From the NCBI GenBank assembly GCA_047920915.1, contig JBLRXB010000003.1, positions 1 to 34,928 of the forward strand: a DNA stretch of 34,928 nt, given 5' to 3'. Positions 8,770 to 16,818 of this stretch are shown here, one piece after another. A program made the position numbers and the translations under genes. This DNA comes from Kiritimatiellia bacterium. GTDB lineage: Bacteria > Verrucomicrobiota > Kiritimatiellia > UBA8416. A model generated the notes under the pieces. The model was not told the origin of the DNA and ran no database searches. It saw nothing but the letters and a program-made list of their open reading frames with translations. Position 1 is the first letter of the stretch. The number at the start of each line of letters is the position of its first letter.

Positions 8770-9026
8770 TGTGTGAAGGTGAGTAGCTTGGCCTCAATGC
8801 CTGCGATCTGGTTTAGTTTTTCCAGTAACTGCTGGCAGGGAGAGGCACCGCCAATCATCTCGAGAATCAGGATGCCATTGGGGCCCGTTGCATCGGGTTC
8901 AAATTCGTGCAGGCCGAGACGTGTTTTGATGTGGTTGCCGAATTCTGTCAGGAGCGCTTGCACGGTCTGTGCCTTGGATAGGCGATCGGTTACATGAATG
9001 GCTACGATTTGATGATCTTCCTTCAT
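8766..9026 (-). CDS. Small ACT/NikR-C-like protein resembling the TM1266 'iron-only hydrogenase system regulator' family
   Basis: IHVTDR...VQALLTEFG..IKTRLGLHE...GILILE...L..IAGIEAK pattern; AAGGAG Shine-Dalgarno before the ATG at 9026. Confidence 0.75.
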   Translation of the reverse strand: MKEDHQIVAIHVTDRLSKAQTVQALLTEFGNHIKTRLGLHEFEPDATGPNGILILEMIGGASPCQQLLEKLNQIAGIEAKLLTFTH

Positions 9027-9152
9027 GATGGCTCCTTTTTTGCCGGGGCTGTAATGTTGTGTAACGTGCCAGACTTTACGATTATGGTTTGCGCCCGTCA
9101 AGTCGGCAGTCGCATATGGGCGCGCAAAGCGTTGCGCATGGCATGCCTCCAG

Positions 9153-10274
9153 CTAGTGCTGGTCGAGGCAGGTGCGAATTGCGTTTTGCATGGCGCTGAT
9201 GAAGGCGGCATTGCTAAAGGTGAGGGCATGGCGGCGGATAGCTGCGGGATCCCAGATTCTTTTGCCGGCGACATTAATGGCATTGGCCAGTTCGGTGGGT
9301 GTTTGGTGATCGAAGAAGATGCCGGTTTGATTGGCGCGGACGGTTTCGCAGGCCCCGCCGCGATTATAGGCTACGACGGGTTTGCCGCAGGCTTGGGCTT
9401 CGAGGGGGACGATGCCGAAATCTTCCTCGCCGGGGAAGATGAGCAAGCGACAGTTACGGTAGCGCTCCAGCACGACATCATCGGGTTGCCAGCCCTCGAA
9501 GATAATGTTAGGGCGTGCGATCGTCTGGAGTTTTTCGCGGGATCCACCGATGCCGACGATGCGTAATGGATATCCGGATTGATTGTAGGCATGAATGGCA
9601 AGATCCAGGCGCTTATAGGGGACGAGTGCAGACACAATTAAATCGTAGTCCTGTGTGCCGGCATCGGTTCCCGGGGTGCAGCGCTCGGTATCGACGGGTG
9701 GATAGATGACCGCAGCCTCCCGCTGATAGTAATTCTCGATGCGCTGCCTGACGTGGTTGCTGATGGCGATGAATGTATCAACGCGATCAGCGGTGCGAGC
9801 ATCCCATTGTCGCAGCGCTGCAAGTAAGGGTGTGGCGATGGCTTTGCGAGCGGCACTGCCGAGATATTCCTCCTGAAAGGTCCAGGCGTAGCGCATGGGC
9901 GTAAAGCAGTAGCAAAGATGGTGGCAGCCGGCGGGCTTGCGGATGCTTTTGGCTACGCAATGACTGGTGCTGATGATAATGTCGGCCGACTTGGGCTTGA
10001 GCGATCGGATGGCCGCCGGGAAAAGCGGTAGGAACATGCGGTAGTTACTGGTGATATTGGGTATGCGTTGCAGCCAGGAGGTGTGGATGGGACGATTGCG
10101 GATGGCTTCGGATACGGCGGCAGGATTGGCGAGCAGGGTGTAGAGGGGTGCTTCTGGATAGGCTGCGCAGAGAATTTCGAGTACGCGTTCGCCGCCCCGC
10201 ATACCACTGAGCCAATCATGACAGAGTGCCACATTTGCCTGCGGCCATTGATCTGAAGAAAATGCCTGTTTCAT
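9153..10274 (-). CDS. Glycosyltransferase family 4
   Basis: HDWL..MRGGERVL, YCFTPMRYAW and EDFGIVPLEAQACGKPVVA. Confidence 0.93.
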   Translation of the reverse strand: MKQAFSSDQWPQANVALCHDWLSGMRGGERVLEILCAAYPEAPLYTLLANPAAVSEAIRNRPIHTSWLQRIPNITSNYRMFLPLFPAAIRSLKPKSADIIISTSHCVAKSIRKPAGCHHLCYCFTPMRYAWTFQEEYLGSAARKAIATPLLAALRQWDARTADRVDTFIAISNHVRQRIENYYQREAAVIYPPVDTERCTPGTDAGTQDYDLIVSALVPYKRLDLAIHAYNQSGYPLRIVGIGGSREKLQTIARPNIIFEGWQPDDVVLERYRNCRLLIFPGEEDFGIVPLEAQACGKPVVAYNRGGACETVRANQTGIFFDHQTPTELANAINVAGKRIWDPAAIRRHALTFSNAAFISAMQNAIRTCLDQH

Positions 10275-11434
10275 TGGTGCTTCTCCGCGGCGGCCATTTC
10301 GTAGCAGCTAAGCGTGGCGAGGGCCGTCTTTTGCCACGAAAAGCGCTTGGCATTCCGGATGCCAAGATTGATACGGCGCTTGCGATCGGTTTCATCATCG
10401 CGCAGGTGCAAGACCGCGTGCGTGAAGGCTTGGGTATCGTCGGGGTCTACCAGCATGGCGGCATCGCCAGCGACTTCCGGCAAGGATCCGGTATTGGAGC
10501 AAACAACGGGTATACCGCAGGCCATTGCTTCGATGATTTGCAGTCCGAAGCCCTCGTAGCGCGATGCATGCAGCATTACATCCGCGTTATGGATATGCTC
10601 GATTAACTGTTTGTCGGCCACAAATCCGGTCCAGCGTACGGCCTGCTGTAGGCCCAATCGTTCGATACAGTTCTGAAGCCCGGGGTAACGCGGGTCGGGT
10701 TTTCCCACGAGTGTGAGGCGTGTCTTGCAGCCGTGCTTCTTTTGCAGGTCGTCGACGACATAAACCAGCCGTTCAATGTTCTTATACGGATCGGCACGCC
10801 CGACATATAACAGTTCCAGTTGGTCGCGACGGGACAGGAATGCACCCGTTGGGGTGGTGGCCGGAGAGAAGTCCGAAGATACCCCGTTATGAATCACGTC
10901 AATTTTGGTTTTGGGTACCTGCAAGAGGTCGGCAATGTCGGTTGCGGACACTTCACTGACGGTCGCGATTCTGGTGGATCGCCGGGCCGCTTCGCGCAAG
11001 ACGGCGCGGAAGATTGGCATAAGCCGCGATTTGCGAGATTGGGGTGCATGGTCGGGAAACCGCAGGGGAATCAGGTCGTGAATCGTGGTGACGGCGCGGA
11101 TTGGTCCGGTTGCCTTGCGGTTGAACGCTGTAAGCGGAATCATGTAGTTCGGGCTGTGAAAGACTTGGATATTCATGTTGCGCAACATGCGTGGTAGGCG
11201 CAGTTGCGACTGTAGCGCGAAAACATCCCATGGCAGCATGACCATTTCCATATGGGGTGCGTTTGGCAGGTCGATTTCCCTGCTCGTCTGTGCGGCGATT
11301 GCCGCGTCGTAAAACAGAACTTTAAAGGTGTGTGCGCCCGGTTGTTGGGCAAAGACGCGCAGGAGTTGGCGGGTGTAATTGCCAATGCCGGAAATATTCG
11401 GAAAAATCCATCGGGCATCGATCGCGATATTCAT
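10271..11434 (-). CDS. Glycosyltransferase family 4 (MtfB/WbaZ-like)
   Basis: IAIDAR, SGIGNY, TIHDLIP and YEGFGLQIIEAMACGIPVV; ATGA overlap with the next gene. Confidence 0.93.
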   Translation of the reverse strand: MNIAIDARWIFPNISGIGNYTRQLLRVFAQQPGAHTFKVLFYDAAIAAQTSREIDLPNAPHMEMVMLPWDVFALQSQLRLPRMLRNMNIQVFHSPNYMIPLTAFNRKATGPIRAVTTIHDLIPLRFPDHAPQSRKSRLMPIFRAVLREAARRSTRIATVSEVSATDIADLLQVPKTKIDVIHNGVSSDFSPATTPTGAFLSRRDQLELLYVGRADPYKNIERLVYVVDDLQKKHGCKTRLTLVGKPDPRYPGLQNCIERLGLQQAVRWTGFVADKQLIEHIHNADVMLHASRYEGFGLQIIEAMACGIPVVCSNTGSLPEVAGDAAMLVDPDDTQAFTHAVLHLRDDETDRKRRINLGIRNAKRFSWQKTALATLSCYEMAAAEKHQ

Positions 11435-12555
11435 GAGAGGAGTTTCCGGTAAACGGCCAAGGTTTCGGCGGCGGTTTTTTGCCAGGTGTATTGGTTGGCA
11501 ACGGTTTTTCCGCGTCTGATGCGTTCCTGGCGTGCAGGTTGATCTGCGATAACGGATAGGATGCTTTGGCCCCAGGCGTCTAGTTCGTAGTGGTTATGCA
11601 GGATGGCACCATCTTGAAGGACTTCGGCGAGCGATCCACCGGTGCTGGCGACAACGGGGGTTTCGCAGGCCATTGCTTCAATGGGCGGGAAGCCGAAGCC
11701 TTCGTAGAACGAGGGCAGCAGGAAGGCATCTGCGCCCGCATACAGGGCTGGTAGATCGGCGTCTGGCACGAACCCGATTCGGCGTATTTGCTTGGTGCGC
11801 GGGGATTGCTGGATTTGTTCCAGAATGGATTCGTAGTGCCAGCCGAGTCCACCCGCAAGGAGTAAATCACCATCGTAGTCCTTGAGGTGCTCAAAGAGAT
11901 GAATAAGAAATTTCAAATTTTTGCGTGGTTCAAGGGTTCCGACGGTCAGAAGGTAGGGGCGCTCGATGCCGTTGCGGGAACGGAACTTCTGGATTTCCGC
12001 GTCGTCTGGACGTTTAAATGCGGTGGAAATGCCCAAATGAATGGGGTGTATTTTTGCAGGTGGTATGTCTAGAAAGGTTGCAATTTCGGAGGCTGAAAAG
12101 CGTGATATGGTGATGACTGCATCGGCGCGTTTGGCGGTTTGCAGGATGCCGCGTTTGAGGTTACGCAGGTTGCGGGCCTCGGTATATTGCGGAAAGCGCA
12201 TGAAGGATAGGTCGTGAATGGAGACAACGGCCTTGCCTTTTCGTTGGGGTGCTGCAAGGAAATTGGTATAATGCACAAGGTCGGCTGTGCCATGGATGCA
12301 GTCGTATGGCGGGAACGATATATGATTCCATAATTTTTCGATGACATTGCCTGGAATCCAGCGGACGGGATGGAGACCGTTGTGTGTTTGTAGCGCTTCG
12401 GGCACCATTGCCTTGCGCCGAAAATCGAAAAAATCCAATCGTAGTTGGGTGTCGGGATCGAGAATAGGCAAAAGGTGGGCTGCCAGCTCACGGGTATAGC
12501 GGCCAATTCCGGCTTGCTGGGTCACAGCGGGTTGTAGCGTCAAAGCAATTTTCAT
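11431..12555 (-). CDS. Glycosyltransferase family 4 (MtfB/WbaZ-like)
   Basis: AGIGRY, IHDL, VGTLEPRKN and YEGFGFPPIEAMAC; start set at MKIALT. Confidence 0.93.
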   Translation of the reverse strand: MKIALTLQPAVTQQAGIGRYTRELAAHLLPILDPDTQLRLDFFDFRRKAMVPEALQTHNGLHPVRWIPGNVIEKLWNHISFPPYDCIHGTADLVHYTNFLAAPQRKGKAVVSIHDLSFMRFPQYTEARNLRNLKRGILQTAKRADAVITISRFSASEIATFLDIPPAKIHPIHLGISTAFKRPDDAEIQKFRSRNGIERPYLLTVGTLEPRKNLKFLIHLFEHLKDYDGDLLLAGGLGWHYESILEQIQQSPRTKQIRRIGFVPDADLPALYAGADAFLLPSFYEGFGFPPIEAMACETPVVASTGGSLAEVLQDGAILHNHYELDAWGQSILSVIADQPARQERIRRGKTVANQYTWQKTAAETLAVYRKLLS

Positions 12556-12612
12556 GGGGGGGAGCATAGCTGGAGCATGGCACAGGGGCAAGCGGGATTT
12601 GGCGCTTTTAGA

Positions 12613-12640
12613 TTGTAAGCAGAATCAGGCCTGCTACAGT
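12613..12640 (+). promoter_or_regulatory. Putative sigma70 promoter of the superoxide reductase gene
   Basis: TTGTAA (12613-12618), 16-nt spacer ending in TG-C, TACAGT (12635-12640), i.e. an extended -10. Confidence 0.35.
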
Positions 12641-12696
12641 AACGGTAAATCATGAGCTTGCACCATCGTGCAACAACAAGGAAACGGGAGGCAGAG

Positions 12697-13131
12697 ATGA
12701 CGATTTACGAGTGTCGTACATGTGGGCATATCGAGTTCAATGAGGTGCCGGAAAAGTGTCTGGTTTGCCGGTCGCCGCAGACGGTTTTTCATGAAAATCC
12801 GGATGCCATCAAAAAGCCGGCAGATCCTGCCGGTTTAACGGATGGCGACAAGAAGCATGTGCCGGTCTTGCATGTGACCGATTGTGGGTTGCTTACAGGG
12901 TGCAAGGATGTGCATGTTACGGTGGGGGATATCGAGCATGTGATGGATCCCAAGCACTACATTTTGTATGTCGATTTTTATCTGGATTATCGGTTTATTT
13001 CGCGCGTTTGGCTGGCGCCCAGTGTTTGTAAGCCGGCCGCTTCCATCCATCTGGCGGTACAGAGTGGCACGGTGACCGCGATCGAGAGTTGCAATGTGCA
13101 CGGCAATTGGATGGGCGAAATCCAGCTTTGA
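12697..13131 (+). CDS. Superoxide reductase (desulfoferrodoxin-like) with N-terminal rubredoxin-like domain
   Basis: CRTC-x11-CLVC followed by the SOR ligand motifs KHVP, HVMDPKHYI and CNVHG; GGAGG Shine-Dalgarno before the ATG at 12697. Confidence 0.88.
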   Translation: MTIYECRTCGHIEFNEVPEKCLVCRSPQTVFHENPDAIKKPADPAGLTDGDKKHVPVLHVTDCGLLTGCKDVHVTVGDIEHVMDPKHYILYVDFYLDYRFISRVWLAPSVCKPAASIHLAVQSGTVTAIESCNVHGNWMGEIQL

Positions 13132-13219
13132 TGCGTGCGGGATCTACACCATCTCTAGCCACCTTCGGATCGTGCTAGATGTGGTGATTCGCAGGGAAAA
13201 GCAGGATACGCAAGTACGC

Positions 13220-13257
13220 AAAACACCCGGTTTGGTGCCAAACCGGGTGTTTTTTTT
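13220..13257. terminator. Bidirectional rho-independent terminator between convergent genes
   Basis: Perfect inverted repeat AAAACACCCGGTTTGG-TG-CCAAACCGGGTGTTTT with a T8 run on + and an A4 run on the other side. Confidence 0.9.
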
Positions 13258-13271
13258 GTGCGAATGGCTTC

Positions 13272-14171
13272 TTATGCGGCGGCGGTGCCAATCGAGATTT
13301 CGAGGTTGTCTGCAATCACATTGCGTTGCTCCAGCAGTTTTTTGCGCAGTGTTTGAATGCCTTGCGCACAGATCTGCCGGCATCTTTCACTGGATACCCC
13401 GAAGAGTGTCGACAAGTCCTTGAGGGTGGGGGTGTTCTCGTTGAAGTAGAGCATGGAGAGCATTTTGCCCGTCCGAGGCGGCAATGTGTCGATAGCGGTA
13501 AATAGATATTGGCGCAAATCTTCGTGTTCAATCGTTTCAAATGGCGTAGCGGCTTTTTCATCGGCGATGTGTTCGCTCCACTGCAAGCCATCTTCCTGGC
13601 GATTGCCAAAATCCTCGAGATGGCAAATGCCGCTTTCAGCGCTGTGCTTGAAGAGGGTAAATGCCTCTTCAGACACATTGAGTTGCTTGCGGATTGCTTC
13701 ATCCGAAATACTGCCGGCAGCCGCTTTGCGTACGGCCTCAATCTCGGCCCAGTACGTGAAGTGATGTTCAGGGATATGAATGAAGCGCGACTTTTTGATG
13801 GCCCGAATCATGTGGCTTTTAATGCATTTACAAGCGTATGTACTGAAGCGTACCGGTTTTGTTTCGTCGCCGAATTGGGCCTTGTAAGAGCGAGCCGCTT
13901 TTACGAGTCCGATGTTGCCCTCGGCGATCAGGTCGAGATTGGACAGGCGCGCCGTGGCGCGATTCAAGTGGCGGTCAAACTCTTTCAGACAATGGATTAC
14001 GAGACGCAGGTTTGCCTCGACAAGCTCTTGTATGGCGGCTTCGCGCGAGGTCTCGTCGATATCCGCGGTTTGAATTGTGACGGAAAGCTGCTGCTCGCGT
14101 TTGATTGTGATACGCGGGAAAGCCGATATATCGCGCAGGTACGCTTCAAAAGAATCTACATTACGAATCAT
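13272..14171 (-). CDS. Alternative sigma-70-family RNA polymerase sigma factor (regions 1.2, 2, 3, 4)
   Basis: DSFEAYLRDI (1.2), LVEANLRLV and DLIAEGNIGLVKAA..RFSTYA (2), IHIPEH (3.0), TLKDLS..FGVSSERCRQI (4.2). Start is 14171 (GAGG SD) or 14183. Confidence 0.92.
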   Translation of the reverse strand: MIRNVDSFEAYLRDISAFPRITIKREQQLSVTIQTADIDETSREAAIQELVEANLRLVIHCLKEFDRHLNRATARLSNLDLIAEGNIGLVKAARSYKAQFGDETKPVRFSTYACKCIKSHMIRAIKKSRFIHIPEHHFTYWAEIEAVRKAAAGSISDEAIRKQLNVSEEAFTLFKHSAESGICHLEDFGNRQEDGLQWSEHIADEKAATPFETIEHEDLRQYLFTAIDTLPPRTGKMLSMLYFNENTPTLKDLSTLFGVSSERCRQICAQGIQTLRKKLLEQRNVIADNLEISIGTAAA

Positions 14172-14226
14172 ATTCACCCTCATGATTTACTCGTTGTACA
14201 GTAAAACGGTACGTGCCCTTGTATAT

Positions 14227-14243
14227 AGCGAGGATCGTGCCAA
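14227..14243 (-). promoter_or_regulatory. Sigma54 (RpoN) -24/-12 promoter of the sigma-factor gene
   Basis: Minus strand reads TTGGCACG-ATCC-TCGCT against the consensus TGGCACG-N4-TTGCW; exact GG-N10-GC spacing; 44-56 nt before the candidate starts. Confidence 0.8.
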
Positions 14244-14252
14244 AAAAGCCTG

Positions 14253-14272
14253 TAAATGATTGATATATTTTT
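14253..14272 (-). promoter_or_regulatory. IHF-binding site
   Basis: Minus strand reads AAAAATA-TATCAA-TCAT-TTA, an exact WATCAA-N4-TTR with a 5' A-tract, just upstream of the -24 element. Confidence 0.7.
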
Positions 14273-14350
14273 AAGTGGCTATCTAGCAATGGTTTGTGTC
14301 TATTATGATTTGTTTGTCCTCGTCTCGCATGGCCTGCCAATGGGTGTATG

Positions 14351-14387
14351 TGTGTATTTTGTGACACATCTGTATAAACAAGTGTGT
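14351..14387. promoter_or_regulatory. Candidate upstream activator (bEBP) binding sites
   Basis: TGT-N10-ACA at 14351-14366 and an imperfect dyad ACACATCTGT-ATAA-ACAAGTGTGT at 14364-14387, about 110-145 nt upstream of the -24 element. Confidence 0.4.
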
Positions 14388-14513
14388 TCTTTAGTATGCA
14401 GCATGGATGTTGTGGTGCAGGGGAAATCTGGGCGTAGGGTGTTGCGTGTCGTACGCGCATTGTGTATGATGGTGGCCCTTATTGGGTGAGGATCGTGGCA
14501 GGAGGCTTCAGAC

Positions 14514-15269
14514 ATGGCAGAACCAGTGATTTCGGTATCGGATTTATGCGTTTCGTATGGCAAGCGTGGACGATTGGTCAAGGCTGTTGATGGTATTTCG
14601 TTCCGTGTTTCCGCGGGTGAGTGCGTTGGGTTCATTGGCGTTAATGGTGCGGGTAAATCGACGACGATCAAGACGTTGATGGGCTTTTTGTTTGCATCAT
14701 CTGGTGAAGCACGCGTATTCGATCAACCTGCCGGCACGCCTGAAAGTCGCTTGCGGATCGGGTATTTGCCGGAAGTTGCCTTGTATTATCCCTTCATGAA
14801 AGCGCGTGAGCTGCTGGAGCTGTACGGGGGATTGAGTGGTCTCGACAAGGCCGCCCTCCGGCAGCGCATTCCTGTGGTGCTGGAATCTGTCGGACTTTCG
14901 GGCAAGGCAGAGGTTTTGTTGAAGCAGTTTTCGAAAGGGATGCAACAACGTCTGGGTATTGCGCAATCGATCATTGCCGAGCCGGATGTGTTTATTTTTG
15001 ATGAATTGACATCTGGTTTAGATCCATTGGGGCGTCACACCTTGCGCAGGTTGTTGCTGGATCTGAAGGCCCATGGTAAGACCATTTTCTTTAGTTCCCA
15101 CGAGCTGGTAGAGGTGGAAACATTGTGTGATCGTGTGTTAATGATCCACCAGGGGCGTATTTTGCGTGATGCAACGCTATCGGAGTTACAGGCCGAAAGC
15201 GGTGCAAAAGGGCTGGAATCCTTTTTTATCGAACTGATTCATGCGCAGGCGCAAGGGGTCGTGGTATGA
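14514..15269 (+). CDS. ABC transporter ATP-binding protein (ABC-2/PilH-like)
   Basis: GVNGAGKST, FSKGMQQR, FIFDELTSGLDP and SSH. Confidence 0.95.
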   Translation: MAEPVISVSDLCVSYGKRGRLVKAVDGISFRVSAGECVGFIGVNGAGKSTTIKTLMGFLFASSGEARVFDQPAGTPESRLRIGYLPEVALYYPFMKARELLELYGGLSGLDKAALRQRIPVVLESVGLSGKAEVLLKQFSKGMQQRLGIAQSIIAEPDVFIFDELTSGLDPLGRHTLRRLLLDLKAHGKTIFFSSHELVEVETLCDRVLMIHQGRILRDATLSELQAESGAKGLESFFIELIHAQAQGVVV

Positions 15270-16048
15270 ATGGCCGGGCGGTGCGACTGATCGCGGGCAG
15301 CGTGCTACGGGAGTCCGTCCGCCGCCGCGAGATTTATGTTCTTGTGCTTGTGGCTTACGGTCTGATCGGGGTGATCTTGAGTCTCGATTTTTTCGGTGTC
15401 GGCGGTCTGACGAAATTTTATCGTGAGGCTTCACTGAAGGTAATGGGTTGGACGACGGCATTTGCGGTGATTGTGCTCGCGGCCCGGCAGTTGCCGCGTG
15501 AAATCGAAAACCGGACGATTTATCCGCTGCTGGCGCGTCCGTTGCGGCGGGTTGATTTCCTATTCGGGAAATTGCTCGGGGTTTTGCTGGCCGGGCTATT
15601 TTGTTTTGCCCTTTTTATGGCGATTTTCCTGCTTGGTTCGTTGCGGATACAAGCGGCGGTGCCCTGGGGGCTCTTTCTGCAGCACATTTATTTGCAGATA
15701 TGGATGCTCGCTGTGGTCGCAACGCTAGGTTTTTGGTTGTCCTTGCTTGTGCATACGGATGCTGCCATCACGATCTGTGTATTGCTGTACGCACTTTCGG
15801 CGGTATCATCCATGGTGCTGGTGAATCTGTATGCGTTTCTGGGAACGATGGGGCGGCATCTGCTCTTGATCCTCACATATATGTTGCCGCAGCTCACGCT
15901 TTTGGATTTATCTGAAAAAGCGGTGCATGCCGAAGTTTGGCCGCCTCTATCCTGGCCGGTCATGCTGGCATTGAGCGGATATGCAGCGATTTATGTGCTG
16001 GCATATTTCACGGGAGCTTTGGTTGCTTTCAGAAGGAGGGCATTATGA
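15266..16048 (+). CDS. ABC-2-type permease (PilI-like) 1
   Basis: About 6 hydrophobic segments; EIENRTIYPLLARPLRR..FLFGK motif; ATGA overlap. Confidence 0.88.
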   Translation: MNGRAVRLIAGSVLRESVRRREIYVLVLVAYGLIGVILSLDFFGVGGLTKFYREASLKVMGWTTAFAVIVLAARQLPREIENRTIYPLLARPLRRVDFLFGKLLGVLLAGLFCFALFMAIFLLGSLRIQAAVPWGLFLQHIYLQIWMLAVVATLGFWLSLLVHTDAAITICVLLYALSAVSSMVLVNLYAFLGTMGRHLLLILTYMLPQLTLLDLSEKAVHAEVWPPLSWPVMLALSGYAAIYVLAYFTGALVAFRRRAL

Positions 16049-16818
16049 ATCAGGGAATGCTTCCGCGCGTGACTGCGATACGCCTGATCGGTCGTGGTGT
16101 CTGGTTGGAGCTTTTGCGTCGGCAGGATTTGTATGTGTGCGGCATGGTGATGCTGGTATTTTTGTTGGGTGTGTTGGTTATGCGAATTGTTGGTATTGAG
16201 AATCCGGCAACGGGCACCTTCATGTTGAATATGGGGATGGGGTTGGCCACGATATGCGCGCATGTATTGTTGCTTTTGCTTGCGATTCGGCAGTTTCCGT
16301 CCGAGATTGAGAACCGCACGTTATATCCTTTGCTTGCACGCCCTGTGCGGCGTGCTGATCTTGTCCTGGCAAAATGGCTGGCCGTGGCTGGATGTGGTAT
16401 GGTGGTTTATGGTATTTTGGCAGGTCTGGCCTGGGTGAGTGTGCCCAAGCTCGAAACGTATCATCCCGTGATGTTGAGCCAGATGTTGCTCTTGCAATTG
16501 CTCTCACTGGGCTTGCTGGCTGCATTGGGTATACTGTTTTCGCTGATCATGCCCCGGGGGATGGCGCTGCTCGTTGGTGGGGGGCTGTACTTTACGGGTG
16601 CCGGCTTGCGTCGCCTTGCGGGGCAGGCAGGTGGCTGGCGGCGTTTTTTTGCCGGGTATGTGCCTGACTTCGGAACGCTTGATTTGACGACCCGTTACAC
16701 CGACGGGATTGCTCCACTTGGTGGCGGGGATCTGATTGCTTTGCTGGGCTATGCCGTGGTCCTGCTGCTGGTGTGTGTTGCCGTTGCGATGTTTGTGTTT
16801 GAGAGGAGGCGTCTATGA
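16045..16818 (+). CDS. ABC-2-type permease (PilI-like) 2
   Basis: Paralogous motif EIENRTLYPLLARPVRR..LVLAK; AAGGAGG SD and ATGA overlap at 16045. Confidence 0.88.
   Translation: MNQGMLPRVTAIRLIGRGVWLELLRRQDLYVCGMVMLVFLLGVLVMRIVGIENPATGTFMLNMGMGLATICAHVLLLLLAIRQFPSEIENRTLYPLLARPVRRADLVLAKWLAVAGCGMVVYGILAGLAWVSVPKLETYHPVMLSQMLLLQLLSLGLLAALGILFSLIMPRGMALLVGGGLYFTGAGLRRLAGQAGGWRRFFAGYVPDFGTLDLTTRYTDGIAPLGGGDLIALLGYAVVLLLVCVAVAMFVFERRRL

Noticed and set aside
13509-14204. 231-aa plus-strand ORF
   Set aside because: Antisense shadow of the sigma factor gene with no independent support.
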